A DNA stretch of 64,000 bases from Octopus sinensis (GCF_006345805.1 NC_043002.1:80042001-80106000); one strand, 5' to 3'; positions 40,415 to 54,169 are shown, numbered from the stretch's first letter. Notes: a model not told the origin generated them from the sequence alone. Translations and numbers: made by a program.

Positions 40415-41023
40415 TAACAAACCTTTAACCTCCATTTCCATGAGTCTGAGACCTGGAAACATGAACGATATTTTCGATAATTGCTTCAGGTAGAAATGAA
40501 GTCAGCGGTAGACATAAACTCATTGGCGTAGAACCATTTGTCTTTTACTATCACCCGGTGCCGACCAATGACTCGTAGGAGAATTTCTTGTACGGAAACT
40601 ATGCTAAATGCTGTTGTCTGTATATGTGAATGTATGTATGGATTTTTATGTTAGTATTTGTCTCCCAATCTTGAAACAGTGATGATTTCATTACATCAGG
40701 TAATATAACAGTTCGACCAGGTGGGATCCAATTGAAAAAAGAAACAGTAAGCGTTTTATAAGTCCCCTTCATGTAGCGTATGCTTTTCAGCGCATTGATA
40801 ACACTATAGGAAAGCCATCCTCATCAAGCGGAAATTTTCTCATCGGATTAAATCAGAGCGTTACTTTGTTCTGACTTCTTCATAGTGCTTTCTTGATAGA
40901 GATATTGGGGTAGTTTGTTGATTGGTGATGAGGAAGAGATAAAGCATAATCACACACACACACACGTAGATATACACACTAACACAAATACACACAGATA
41001 GACGCATAATATATATATGTATA

Positions 41024-41402
41024 TAGGAGTGGCTGTGTGGTAAGTAGATTGCTGACCAGTCGCATGGTCCCTGGTTCAGTCCCACTGCGTGGCACCTTGG
41101 GCAAGTGTCTTCTACTATAGCCTTGAGCCAACCAAAGCCTTGTGAGTGGATTTGGTAGACGGAAACTGGAAGAAACCCGTCTTATATGTATATGTGTGCG
41201 TGTATATTTGTGTATCTGTGTTTGTCACCTCAACATCGCTGGTGTGTTTACATCCCCGTAACTTAGCGGTTCAGCCAAAAAGACCGATACACTAAGTACT
41301 AGGCTTACAAAGACTAAGCTTTGGGGTCAATTTGCTCGACTAAAGGCGGTGCTCCTGCATGGCCACAGTCAAATGACTGAACCAAATAAAAGAGTAAAAA
41401 AG
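41024..41402 (+). mobile_element. SINE family A
   Basis: AGGAGTGGCTGTGTGGTAAG head through AAATAAAAGAGTAAAA tail. Confidence 0.9.
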
Positions 41403-44400
41403 AATATATATATATATATAACAATGGGCTTCCTTCCACACAGATTCCTGTCACCTGGTTCTCTCATAAGAGTCATGCCTGTCGTTGGTTCGCAAAAAGC
41501 TCATCCGTCCTACCTTAAGTCTTGCTGTTAGTCCTACTTGAGGCCCTGCACCTCCTCCCACTCGCAAGAGTAGCAAGCTACTCAAAGGATGGAGCCAGTT
41601 TCCTCACCGACCACTCAACCATACCTAAGTACAGGAGTCGATTTGATTGACCAATCCTTCAAGCAGTGTTGCAATATGTCTACATGCTAAAGATTTAAAA
41701 GGCGTAAAAGAATGAAGACGATATATTAAAGCTGAAATATCATATACGTATTGGCAACCAATTACAAGGATGTTTTCGTTCTCTCACACGTGTATGACTC
41801 TCTGCCACCCAGGGATCGAGTTTTCTTTTTTCCTACTTCATTTACAATATAGACGACTCCACTAACAAAATGCAATGTCTTTTCCTTAATGGCATGTGAG
41901 TTTTGAAGAGGTCCAGTTTCTTGCCATTATCTTTTCTTCTCATTTGGAATCAGAGATAATTGCAATAAATCAAGAATTTTCATTTAGAGTGTTATTTAAC
42001 ATATTCTTATCTCTTTGTTGCTCTAATACATGCCACTAGACTCTCAAGCTATTTCTCATACTTCAATTTCATTAAGCACAAACATATATGTATATGTGTG
42101 TGCATATGTGTGTGTATGTGTGTGTGTGCGTATGTGTGTGCAGATGGATGGACATATGTATGGATGGATGTATATACACACACATACACATCACACACAC
42201 ACATACACACTCTATCTCAGAGCGTTCCAAGTTCGAATATCGCCAGTCATATATACACATTTAAAACTTCTGAGAACCAAATTATAACATTAACAACAAG
42301 AACGCTATCTCATATATTCATTTCAGGTACGGACCAAAGGTAAATAATAATGTACAGATAGTAGAGAAATGCACATAAAAACAACTGTAGACTTGTAACC
42401 ACACCTACTGCATACGGGGAAGCTACACCATAGGCCTCCGTTCCTCAGAATTGGCTGGTCTTTTACATCATCCACTCAGTTACTCCAGACTCACTTGTGT
42501 CTCACTTATCATTACGATTATGTCCGCTGCATAGGACCTGCAACAACCACTGCTTCCAGTCCTTCACCTCAGAACGTCGGATCTCTGAAATTTCGCCTCT
42601 CTTTATAACTAGTCAACAAGTGTCGTCTTGCAATGGTCTAAATGGAATATTAACAATTAACGATACCCGTGAATATTTCACGGAAAAATGGTAAACTTAT
42701 TGGGTTATTTCTGAAAACCTTAACCAAAAAACTTGAAAGCCTAACTTGTGCTGTGTCTGTGTGGAAAGACAGTTGCTCACCTGCTAATCAATGAAAAGTG
42801 CAGGAAATTGGAATACGATGCTTACTTAATGCACTTTATATATACACTTTATATAATTTATGCACAATTTTATAGACTTAATACACATCACTCTCCCTCT
42901 TTTTCTCTTACTCTTCACTTCACCCTCTTATTCTCCCTACTTTTTCTTTGGCCCCTCACCTTTCCCTTCAACTAATTACGTGAAAGGGTTACAGACGGGT
43001 TAAGTAACGGAGAAAGAACTTGGTTTAAAAATTACACATTTCGCTCACCACCACCTCTCCCTCCCCTCCATCTCCCATCCCCTCCCCCTTTCATTCCCAC
43101 ACCACTCCATTCCTCGTTCCCTTCAACTAATCACGTAGAAGTGTTACGGACGGGTTAAGTAACGGAGTGAAAAGCACAATTATCATAAGATATCAATCTA
43201 TGTCAGAGAACCTGTCAATGCTATTGGTACGAATCATTTTTCTAGACCCGGCAAATAAATTTTAAAATCAGACTAAAAATCAGAAATAGCAGCAGAATTT
43301 CCCTCAGATCACATCATTCAGGATATAGTATTTCATACGAGAACGTACTTAACATACTCCTTTGCGTGTCGTATGCCGATTATCAACGCATGATCTTACT
43401 ATTACCTCTGGCTAATTTCGCAGAAGCAAATACATTTAGGTTTAAAAAAAAAACGCCCCTGAAGCAAGTTAACAATGCTTTCTTTATGCTATCTATGATT
43501 CTAAACGTCAGTATCAAGGTTCATGTATCGAGAGAGCTCACCTCATTTTACTTCCAAAAGTTTAAGGGAATTGAAATTATCAGAAATATCATGAATATAC
43601 CACTTATTATTTTTTTTATTTCATTTTGGCAATGTAGTCTCCAAACAGGATAAACCATAAGAATTTTTAAACATCGAGAAACACGAAATAGATTGCTTTT
43701 AACAGTGGAACTCGAACAAAAATAAGTTATATATAATAGCATGTAGAATATTATATTGAGTCAAAAATATCCTTTGAATGAGAAGAAGTCGAGTGCTGTT
43801 TATAAGATTCCAACTCACATCTTCCGTGAACATGAGCTACCATTATACCAACGCAACACTTCGAATTTCTTCCGTCCAGATCAGAAGCGCTTATCTTACT
43901 AGCGAGAAATGTATGTTGCTTTTATCGATAAGTTCACCACATCTGCCATGCTCACAAAGGATGTAGATTTGAGTCATATAGGTAGCCTTCGACTTTTTTT
44001 CTATCAAATATCCTGCAGGATATTATTTGGCTTTATCTACTTCAAGTTCCACCTTTATAAGATAGATATTTTAGTGTCAACATTAAAAAGGAATGTCACT
44101 GAGTTCATTTCTATTCCTGAACTGAAATCATTCCAAATTGCAAGTCGAGCAATCAATTCTTGAATTGTCACACGCAGAACACGCGCCATTTTCGATAGAA
44201 ACATATGAACACTGTCCCTAATATGTTGCTGCCTTATCCCTCACCCTTTCATCATGCTTTCATTCATTATCTCTTATCAGTAATTCTCTATATTCTATTA
44301 TGTACCTCTCGACATTAAGCTTCTTAAATATCTTAGAGCATTATTCTCTAAACTATAACTATTCCTCACATCAGTCAATCACTTCACCCCTCTTCATATG

Positions 44401-44782
44401 CATGTTGGTGGGGATAACGTGGACAATATTTAACAAAAAGAATAACAAAACACATGGCAATACTCTTCATCGGCTGCGTTGTCGGGTTTCATAAGGGTTT
44501 CAAGGCTGGAAATACGCTACTGCTTCGCTGGAAAGCACCTGAAATTATTTAATACCACTAGGATAGAACACAGATTATCACAGATGCTTGTGATTTAAGA
44601 CAAGAATGAAAGTGACTTAGACAAAAACAAAACAACTTAGCAAGTGAGAGAGGATCCGGAAATACAAGCATTTACCTGAAGTTGCACTCCAATGAGCCGC
44701 GCCTATCTAATTGTGTAGGATAGAGAATTTCTTCAATAGAAACATTGTCACAGACAGAAAATCCGGAAATTTAACTTCAGCT

Positions 44783-44791
44783 TATCTATCC

Positions 44792-44845
<54 letters not shown>

Positions 44846-44855
44846 ATCTTTATCC

Positions 44856-44888
<33 letters not shown>
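44783..44888. repeat. (TATC)n tract at the 5' junction of the Tx1-like LINE
   Basis: Direct inspection. Confidence 0.95.
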
Positions 44889-44889
<1 letters not shown>

Positions 44890-47800
44890 TGCTGTGTAGG
44901 ACAGTAGATAGAGATAGCATAGGATGTCCACAATTCCACATGGTCAGCTACACGGATCACAAACTTGTGACGTGTACGCTAGACTTAGGTAAGACACTTA
45001 GGCAGGGTCCCGGATACTGGAAACTAAACGCGTCTTTCCCATCGAGACAAGTTTTCAGAGACCGGATTAGCACACTAGTAAGAGGGCTTTGACGGGAGCC
45101 ATCATCACAACAAATGGTGGTTTGCCCTCAAGAGAGCAGTAAAAGAGAAGCGATTAGGTACAGCAAAGCACTAGCCATAGATAGAAATAGAGTGGAGGGT
45201 GAGCTGGTTAAGAAGCTAGAAGAGGCAATTAGAAGCGGCATCGCATCCGACGTTTTGGCGGCGAGGTTGGCCCTCGACCAACACTTCAACGCCAAACACG
45301 AAGGATGTGCTGTCAGAGCTAGGATGCGTGCTCTAAGGAACGAAGGTGTTGGAGCCGCGAGAGAGGCCCGGGTGGCAGAGGCGCAACAGGGCAACAAAGC
45401 CACCATTCGGTCACTGGTAGATGAACAGGGGCGCGAATTGCTCGAGCCAAGTAAAATGTGTGAGGCCTTTCAGCAGCATTTTGCCCGACTGTTCGGAACG
45501 AGTGGAGGGCAAGAACGTAGGGTGGACTTCAGGGCCTACCTACATAGTCTACCACGACTCTCGACAAGAAAGGCAGGATGCTGCGAAGGTGCCATCACGG
45601 CGGCGGAAGTGCGGGAAGCGATGGCAGAATGCTCGAGGGACAAATCACCGGGTTTGGATGGTCTACCCTACGAGCTTTACAATTGTATGCCAGACTTGTT
45701 TGGAGATCTCTTGGCGGCGGTGTACTGCAACTGGCAGCAAAACGGGAGCATTCCTGGTTTTGTGAGCCGAGGAGCCGTAACACTGCTGAGAAAGATCCAA
45801 ACAAAGGAAATGTAATAGATAACTTTAGGCCCATCACTCTGCTTAATGCAGACTTGAAAATTTTGGCCAAGGTGCTAGCCAAGAGGTTGGCGCTTGTCAT
45901 CGAGAAACTGGTCGACAAGGCGCAAACATGCGCCGTGCCAGGCCGGACCATCCATGACAACCTCCATCTGATGCGCTACATCATAGACAGGGTAGTTAAC
46001 GAACCTGGCATGGGTGGGGCCCTGATCAACTTGGATCAATCGAAAGCCTTTGATAGGGTGGACCATCGATACTTGGAGGCAGTCCTGAGAGCGGCTGGTT
46101 TCGGGCCCGTCTTCCGCGGCTGGATAGCTGCCTTGTACAGAGGCATCCGTTCGGTAATTCGCGTAAATGGACATCTATCGAGACCTTTCGACATTGCACG
46201 TTCGGTCCGTCAGGGATGCCCCCTCTCGGCGCTTCTATACGTATTGACTCTTGAGCCACTACTGCGGAAGCTGGCGACTCTAAGGGCATCCCGCGAGAAT
46301 TGGGATGCGGACGAGCGTGTCTGCATACGCGGACGATGTCACCGTCATAGTGTCTAGCCACGAGCACATCGAGCTGGTCGGCGAGACACTGAAAAACTAC
46401 GAAGCGGTGACAGGAGCGAAAATCAACCGGGAAAAGTCAGTGGGCTTGCGACTAGGCACCTGGAGAAGCAAGCCCATGCCGTCCACCAGCGCCTCCGTCG
46501 TGGGACGCTGGACCGACGGCCCGGTTGAGTTGCTCGGGGTCTGGTTTGGTCCGGACCTCCAAGTGGAGAAGAACTGGAACGAGATAACGAGTAGGGTGGT
46601 CACTCTCGCCCGGCAATGGGCCGAGAGGAAACTGTCCTAAAAGGTCGAGCGGAGGTGGCGAACACGTACATCGCGTCCGTCATCTACTACCGCCTGACCG
46701 TCGTACCTTGTCCCGACCCTACCATCACCAAACTACAACGCATCCTCTTCGCTTCTTGTGGAAAGGATGCGTCCCGATGGTCAGGCGATCCATTTGCTGT
46801 CAACACCCGTTAAAAGGAGGGCTGGCATGCCGTGGTTGATGATGCGCAGACACGCGCTGAGACTGCGACATCTCTGGCTCTATGTAGACGACGGTGAACA
46901 GGTGTGGTCGCCGTTTGTGAGGCACGCTTTCCCGCAGCTCGTCTCCATGACCGAACTGCAGTCGTGGATCAAAAAGAGGCCGAGGAAGGGCGAATGGCAC
47001 CGCGAGTGTCGCGTTGCTCTCAAGCAACTCTGCCGTCCTGGGTCGACCTTAAGTGACTTCAACACAACCAAAGCATTCTATAGGGGTTTAGTGGAGGGGA
47101 GGTACGACGACGAGCTCGGGGCGAACCTGGACGTCGACGAGGAGTACCTGACCCGCCTGTTCGGGACGACTTTCGGGCCAGGCCCATGGACACTTCCAGA
47201 GATCCCTGGCCTGGCAGTGCTACCGAGAAGCGCTACCCGTTCGGGATAAGCTCTACAGACACGGCTCGAGAAACACGGGGCCGACCTGCCCGAGATGCGG
47301 TCAGAGCGACGAAACCGTTCTGCACGCACTCGTTCAGTGTCCAACAATTTCCGACCTGTGGGCTTATGTCGAACAACTGCTGTCACGTGTGGGACGAGTC
47401 GGTTTATCAGCTGAGTCTATCGTCAATATTGTCACGCCTCCTTTCTTCAAACGGGAAGGAAGAGCTATTTTCATCATCCTTGTGGCTATGGCGAAAGAAT
47501 GTATCTGGTGGACGCGTCTGAAAGGATTGGAGACAAACACTTTCCTCTCTGGTCAATCTCTCATCAACTTCTTCAAGTACCACTTGAAAAGGAAAGTGAG
47601 AGTAGAGAGGCAAGTTTTGTCTAGCGAATGTTTTAAAAAAAGATGGGTGAATGTAGCAAGGATGGCACGTATGAATGACGAAGCCACCTTGAGCATAGTC
47701 CTATGAACCCAGAAATCGAAAACAGAGAGTTGCTTATTTGCAAAAAAAAAAAAAAAAAAAGAAATATAAAATGTGACTTCATTGACCGAGGTTACCGTGG

Positions 47801-48114
47801 TCTTTTCCGTAGGCTTTTCTTTCCACGGGTAAACCTCACCTGTCCTCCCCTTTACACTTCATATGACATTTCTGTGATAACGATCCCTATTGATCAATTT
47901 TTTTTCTCTCTCCCCCCTTTTTTTTTTTTTTTTTAACCCCCCCTTTTTTTTTTTTTTGTCCTCTTTCTCTCCTTTTACGATCCTTTTGATCGAAACTCCC
48001 CCTTCCTTTTTATTTTTTATTTTTTATTTTTTTTTTTTTAAACCTTCAAAAGAAAAGCTCTACCTTGTAATTTGTTCTATCTGTGTGCAGCCCTGTGTGG
48101 CTAATAAAGAAACA
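44889..48114 (+). mobile_element. 5'-truncated Tx1/L1-clade LINE (end of APE, RT, CCHC zinc finger, 3'UTR)
   Basis: SYTDHKLV and GPGYWKLNAS (APE end); KSPGLDGLPYELY; FRPITLLNADLKILAKVLAKRL; LDQSKAFDRVDH; VRQGCPLSALLYVL; SAYADDVTV; CPRCGQSDETVLHALVQC (47287-47340). Stop at ~47704-47706; 3'UTR ends AATAAAGAAACA. Confidence 0.95.
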
Positions 48115-48131
48115 TATCTATCTATCTATCC

Positions 48132-48169
<38 letters not shown>

Positions 48170-48199
48170 ATCTTTATCTATCTATCTATCTATCTATCC

Positions 48200-48237
<38 letters not shown>

Positions 48238-48247
48238 ATCTTTATCC

Positions 48248-48306
<59 letters not shown>

Positions 48307-48342
48307 CATCTATCTATCTATCCATCTATCTATCTATCTATA

Positions 48343-48409
<67 letters not shown>

Positions 48410-48415
48410 CTATCT
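48115..48415. repeat. (TATC)n tract at the 3' junction of the Tx1-like LINE
   Basis: Direct inspection. Confidence 0.95.
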
Positions 48416-48699
48416 GTCTGTGTTTCTGTATGTCTTGTTTGTCTGTCTTTTTACCATTTATCTGTCCGTGTGTATGTTTAAATACATACATAAATATGGG
48501 TGTATGTGAGCGTTTATGTGTGTGTGTGTATGTATTTACGTATATATTATAAAATGGAGGCATAAATGGTATATAAAATGGCGGATATATAAAATAGCGG
48601 ATATATAAAATGGCGGAAAAGTCATGGCTGGAGTATTTTTTGATTATAGATCTGCTCAACAACAACTATCACCACATATATTTCACTTCGCTACTAGAA

Positions 48700-49885
48700 A
48701 CCCCCAGTCGTATCTACATCTATTCTTCTTGTGTTTTCCTTATAATATTTTCTTTTTCCCTTCCTCCCCTTCATTTCATTTCTTTACTTCTTTGTTATAT
48801 CTTACATCGTACTCACCCTTCTCTCTCACTCACTCTCGCCTCTCTCCATCTGCCTCTCTCGCGCCCCTCTCTCTCTTTATCCCGTGCTTCCTCTTTATTA
48901 TGCATCTGCTTTTCCTTTCACTTGACTTCCTTTCTTTATTTCTGTCCTTTCTATTACGTCGTTCCTTATATTTTCTCACTCTTTCTCATTTTAGCCTCTT
49001 GCTCATTTTGGCGCTTTTTCTAGTATGTCACCTATCCTCCCCCTAATCCTCCTTCTCTCTCTCTCTCACCACTCCCTTACCTTTATTCTTCCCTTCTACA
49101 CTACGATTCTTGTATCTCACATCTCTTCTCATATCCCATCACCCCCCACACACACACATACTTTCTCCTCTTCTCTTTCCTTCTCTCTCTTTCTCTCTCG
49201 GCATTTACTCTAATGTTTCTCATTCCATTTTGAAAACATTTGCATTCCTTTCTCTTTGCCCCTCTTGATCTCATATTAATCTCTCTTTCTCTCACTCTCT
49301 CTCTCTCCCTCTTCCCTTCTCTTTCTCACTCTCTCCCTCTGTCTCTTCTGCCGTCTCTGTCTGCTACTCTCTGTTTCTTTCTCTCTCTTTCTCTGTCTGT
49401 ATGTCTTTCTCTCTCTCTCTTTATCTGTCTATCTGTATGTCTGTCTGTCTGTCTACCTATCGATATATCTATATGCTGATTGATCGATCGACCAATCGAT
49501 CGATCAATCGATCCAGCTATATACTTATATTCCCGTGTCCAATGTACTTTTATTTTTCCTTTCCTTTTTCTTTCCTTTTTTCTTCTTTCTTTCTTTCATT
49601 TTTCTAACTTTCTCTCAACCTGTCTATCAGACAGTTTTCCTATCGGTCTATCTCCCTCTTTCGCCCTATCCCAAACAAACACACACTCTCTCTCCCTCTT
49701 TCCTTCTCTCCCACCCCTTCACTCTCTCTCACTTTCCCCCTTTCTCTAATCTTGCTTGATTTTCGTGTCTAATCTTTCCATTGTTTCATCACACTCTGCT
49801 CCTCCCTGTCTCACATCACCTCTCTCGAACCCTGCTGTTTCTCTTTCTCTTTCAGTCTCTCTTTCTGTCTGTCTGTCGTTCTCCT

Positions 49886-49920
<35 letters not shown>

Positions 49921-50400
49921 GCTCCAATTCTTCAATTCCTTCTCTCTTGAGTATTTCTTATTTATCTCTTGCTACACTTTATTTTTGTCCTACCTTTTTT
50001 CGCCATATTTTTCTCATTACACACACACACATACACACACACACACACACACAACACACGCAAAACACACACACACACGCCCACATACACAAACACACAG
50101 ACACACACGGACACAAACTCACATTCGCACACATACAGACACATGCATACACAAACCTTTACTTCTCTATTTCATTTCATTTCTCCTTTCGATTCTCTCA
50201 TTGTTGTGTCTGACTTCTGATCAATGCCTCTTTCTAATTCCCTCTCCGTTTCTATTTCCCTGTTTCATTCCCTTGCTCTCCCTTTCTTACTACGACCTTC
50301 CTTTCTTATTCCAAAAAAGACACTCTAGTCCTTCTTCACACCATCTCATCTACACACACACATACACACACGCAGACACACACACTATCTCTCGCGAGTG
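48700..50400 (+). repeat. Long pyrimidine-rich low-complexity region with (CT)n, (CTGT)n and (CA)n
   Basis: Direct inspection; strong pyrimidine skew on the plus strand. Confidence 0.85.
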
Positions 50401-50448
50401 ACTATTTTGACATTCATGGCTCTTCATTCAATTTCACTGGCGTACATT

Positions 50449-50516
<68 letters not shown>

Positions 50517-51490
50517 GACACACATATACACGTACATATATTGTTTCCGTTTATTTTGTTATCATAGTTATATATTTGCTATAATTATAATTATAATTAT
50601 TTATTTTCTTATGATTTATTTATTGCAATTATATTTATTTATTTATTTGTGATTTTAATAATTTATATTTATCTTTTTGTTACAAATATTATTTCTGTTA
50701 TTATTGCTATATTCATTTTACATAATATAATTTTTTAAATATCTGCGGGAATATTTTGCTATTTTTTTTTTCCCATATAATATATTTTTTAATTTCTTAA
50801 CATTTTATTTTAACTTATTCTATTTTATATGTATATGTATTATTTTCATTATATTTCTCTCATCGTATCATCACTTTCGCCATTCTTCACTTTTCTTTCC
50901 CTGTCTCTCTGCAAAACAAACGCATGTATTCCAGTTTAAACGTCGTTTTAAAGGCGGTTTCCAATACACGCAAATGCGCTCACTCACGAACATACACACA
51001 CCTCTGTAAACAAGCAAGCTCACACACACATATATATAAGCGTATTGTATAATTATCTTTCTGCCTCAATGTCATTTTTCGTCAATGCTTCTCTCTCTAA
51101 TTCGTCTTACCCCTACTTCTTTTGACGCAGACGGTAATATATTCTGTCATAGGAACAAATACGCACATACACAGTGCTACCATGCATTTACAATTAAACA
51201 CACTTACACAACAACGTACACACACACACACACACATAATCTCCCATACACATATTCACGCACAAGCTCACGCAAACACACACATATATATATGTATGTA
51301 TACACAAACACGGTTCAGAATATGGCGGCACAGTACTGCATCTTGTAGAAAAACACACAAATACACACAAACATTTATACACAAAGCATATATATATATA
51401 CAGATATGCAGAAAAAATATCAAGTTGAGCATGCTTCATATATATATATATATATGTGCGTGTGTGTGCGTGTATATATATATGTGTGTG

Positions 51491-51540
<50 letters not shown>

Positions 51541-51961
51541 ATGTATATGTATATGCTCATATATATATTCATAGAGAAACACCTTGCACAAACACATAGG
51601 CACAAATTTAGACAAGCCACGAATAAACACACAGACATAGATACACATATATACACACACACACGAACAGAAATACACACATGAATTTTAATGTATATGT
51701 ACATCTACATTTACGTATGTACACGCAGATGATGGCACATAAAGTCAATCTGTGTTTCTATAAGTGTGGATTCGCGTGCGTGCGCGGCATCTGTGCCTGT
51801 GTATGTGTGTTTTTCTAATGGAAGCACTTTCAAGGTTTGTTGTGTCTCTCTTGTGTTTCAAAATTATCAGAGTGCTCACTATATTGATACATAAATTCGA
51901 AAGAAACGTGACTGGATTCACAGGTGCACTTGTTTTGAATGAGCAGAAATCTCCTCTCTCT

Positions 51962-52368
51962 CTCTTTTACTCTTTTACTCTTTTATTGTTGCAGTCATTT
52001 GACTGTGGCCATCCTGGAGCACCGCATTTGGTCGAGCAAATCGACCATAGGACTTATTCTTTGTAAGCCTAGTTCTTATTCTGTCGGACGCTTTTACCGA
52101 GCCACTAAGTTACGGTGACGTAAACACACCAGCATCAGTTGTCAAGCAATGTTGGGGAACAAACACTTACACACAAACATATACACACACACATATATAT
52201 ATATACGACGGGCTTCTTTTAGTTTCCGTCTACCAAATCTATTCAGAAGGCTTTGGTCGACCCGAGGCTATAGTAGAAGACACTTGCCCAAGGTGCCACA
52301 CAGTGGGACTGAACCCGGAGCCATGTGGTTGTTAAACAAGCTACTTACCACACAGCCACTCCTACGCC
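51962..52368 (-). mobile_element. SINE family A, full length
   Basis: Head ends CACACAGCCACTCCTACGCC at 52368; tail (CTCTTTTA)n at 51962. Confidence 0.92.
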
Positions 52369-52479
52369 TCTGTTCTATTTTATTGAATACTTTACTTTAA
52401 ATAGCGATTCTAAATCTTTTTCAACGATTATATGCATTTACGTATGTACCTGTGTTGGTATGTGTGTGTATCTGCAAGA

Positions 52480-52524
<45 letters not shown>

Positions 52525-52535
52525 TATTATATATG

Positions 52536-52580
<45 letters not shown>

Positions 52581-53520
52581 TATATTTATGCTTTATTATA
52601 TATATATAATATATATATATATGCATAAATATATATATATATATATATACAATATACATATGTATAATACACACACACACACACATTATATATATTGCAT
52701 GCATGTATGTATCTATATACGTATGTATGTATCTATATACGTATGTATGTAAATATGAATGAATGTATGTATCTTAAGATAATTTACACAGCGCTCTCAT
52801 CTCGTTTCGGACATTCCTCAGGAAGGATACTTTTACAGAAAATTTATACCTTTTATATATATGTTAGCTGGAAAACTCCGGAGTTGAAATGGAGAGAGAA
52901 TGTCCTTTATTTTGAATCTATGTATGTATATATACGTGTATGTATGGGTGTATATATGTATGCATGCATGTATGCGTGTATTATGTGTATGTAAATGTGT
53001 GGTGAATTTTTTGAGACTTGGTTAGAGAGAAAAAAGAAATAAGAATGAAGTAAAAAATAGAAAGAACAGGATAGAAGGAGAAAAGAAAGAAAGAATGAAT
53101 GAAAGAAAGCGGGAAACAAAGAAAGAAAAGGTCTTTTTTCCTGATATCCTTGAAATTGTATTGTATACGATGGTCTTTTTACAGTTCGATAACATGTTTG
53201 AATTTGATGACAATTCAAGTTGTCAATTTTCTTTTTGTCTTTTTTTTTTCTTTTGTCACCTGTAGGAACTAGAGTCTATCAAAATTGTTTCGGAAAGTTA
53301 TTAAATGTGCCTGCGTGAGTGTGTGTGCATGTGTTTTTGATGTACACAGACACACACACTCACAAACATACATACATACATACATACATACATACATACA
53401 TACATACATACATACGTGCAAACATACATACATACATACATACATACATACATACATACATACATACATACATACATACATACATACGTACAAACATACA
53501 TACATACATACATACATACA

Positions 53521-53556
<36 letters not shown>

Positions 53557-53619
53557 CCACATTATTGCCAACTGCGAGAGAATGCCCTCCAGATATTATT
53601 CTCTCATGAGGATAATGTC

Positions 53620-54060
53620 AGGATAAAAAAAGAGTGCGCCTATCGATGAAGCTGACTATATTGAAACCGATAGGACAAAAGAGCGCTAGTGAAATTTAGA
53701 ATTGAAACATTTACCAAGTTACAACACAACCAACCAGATATTGTTGAGTGGGACCACAAAAAAAAGATTTGTCCTGTTGTAGAAATCAGTTGTTCTCCAG
53801 GACACCAATATTGCTAGGTAAATATAAGAGAACGAGGACATCTATGGGCTATTGATAAGGAGTTTGCAAACCCTGTACTCAAATACATTCAGCTTCATAC
53901 CTAATTTTACTGAAGCAACAGTCTGAGCTGGACATGGCTGAGTTTGTGTTCTAAGGTAGTACACGCGAATCTTTAATTCATACACTGCAAATCATAACGA
54001 TATCTGGGATAAGACATCTGCAAGAACTTAAGTTTTAAAGGATGATGAGCAAAACAAGAT
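53620..54060 (+). mobile_element. Degenerate RLE-domain LINE remnant, distinct from the Dong-like copy
   Basis: IETFTKLQHNQPDIVEWDHKKKICPVVEISC matches the RLE PD-(D/E)xK region; frameshifted afterwards. Confidence 0.65.
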
Positions 54061-54169
54061 ACTTTCCTTCACATTCTTGCTACCAAGATAGTGGTCAGTC
54101 AAAATGTATTCTAAATTAAGGAAAACAAACAGAACTTACGTGTGTGTGTGTGTGTGTGTGTGTGTTAGA

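Noticed and set aside
42505-42590. Possible minus-strand exon (EIRRSEVKDWKQWLLQVLCSGHNRNDK)
   Set aside because: The acceptor lacks a polypyrimidine tract, a stop follows directly, and it could equally be a LINE C-terminal relic.
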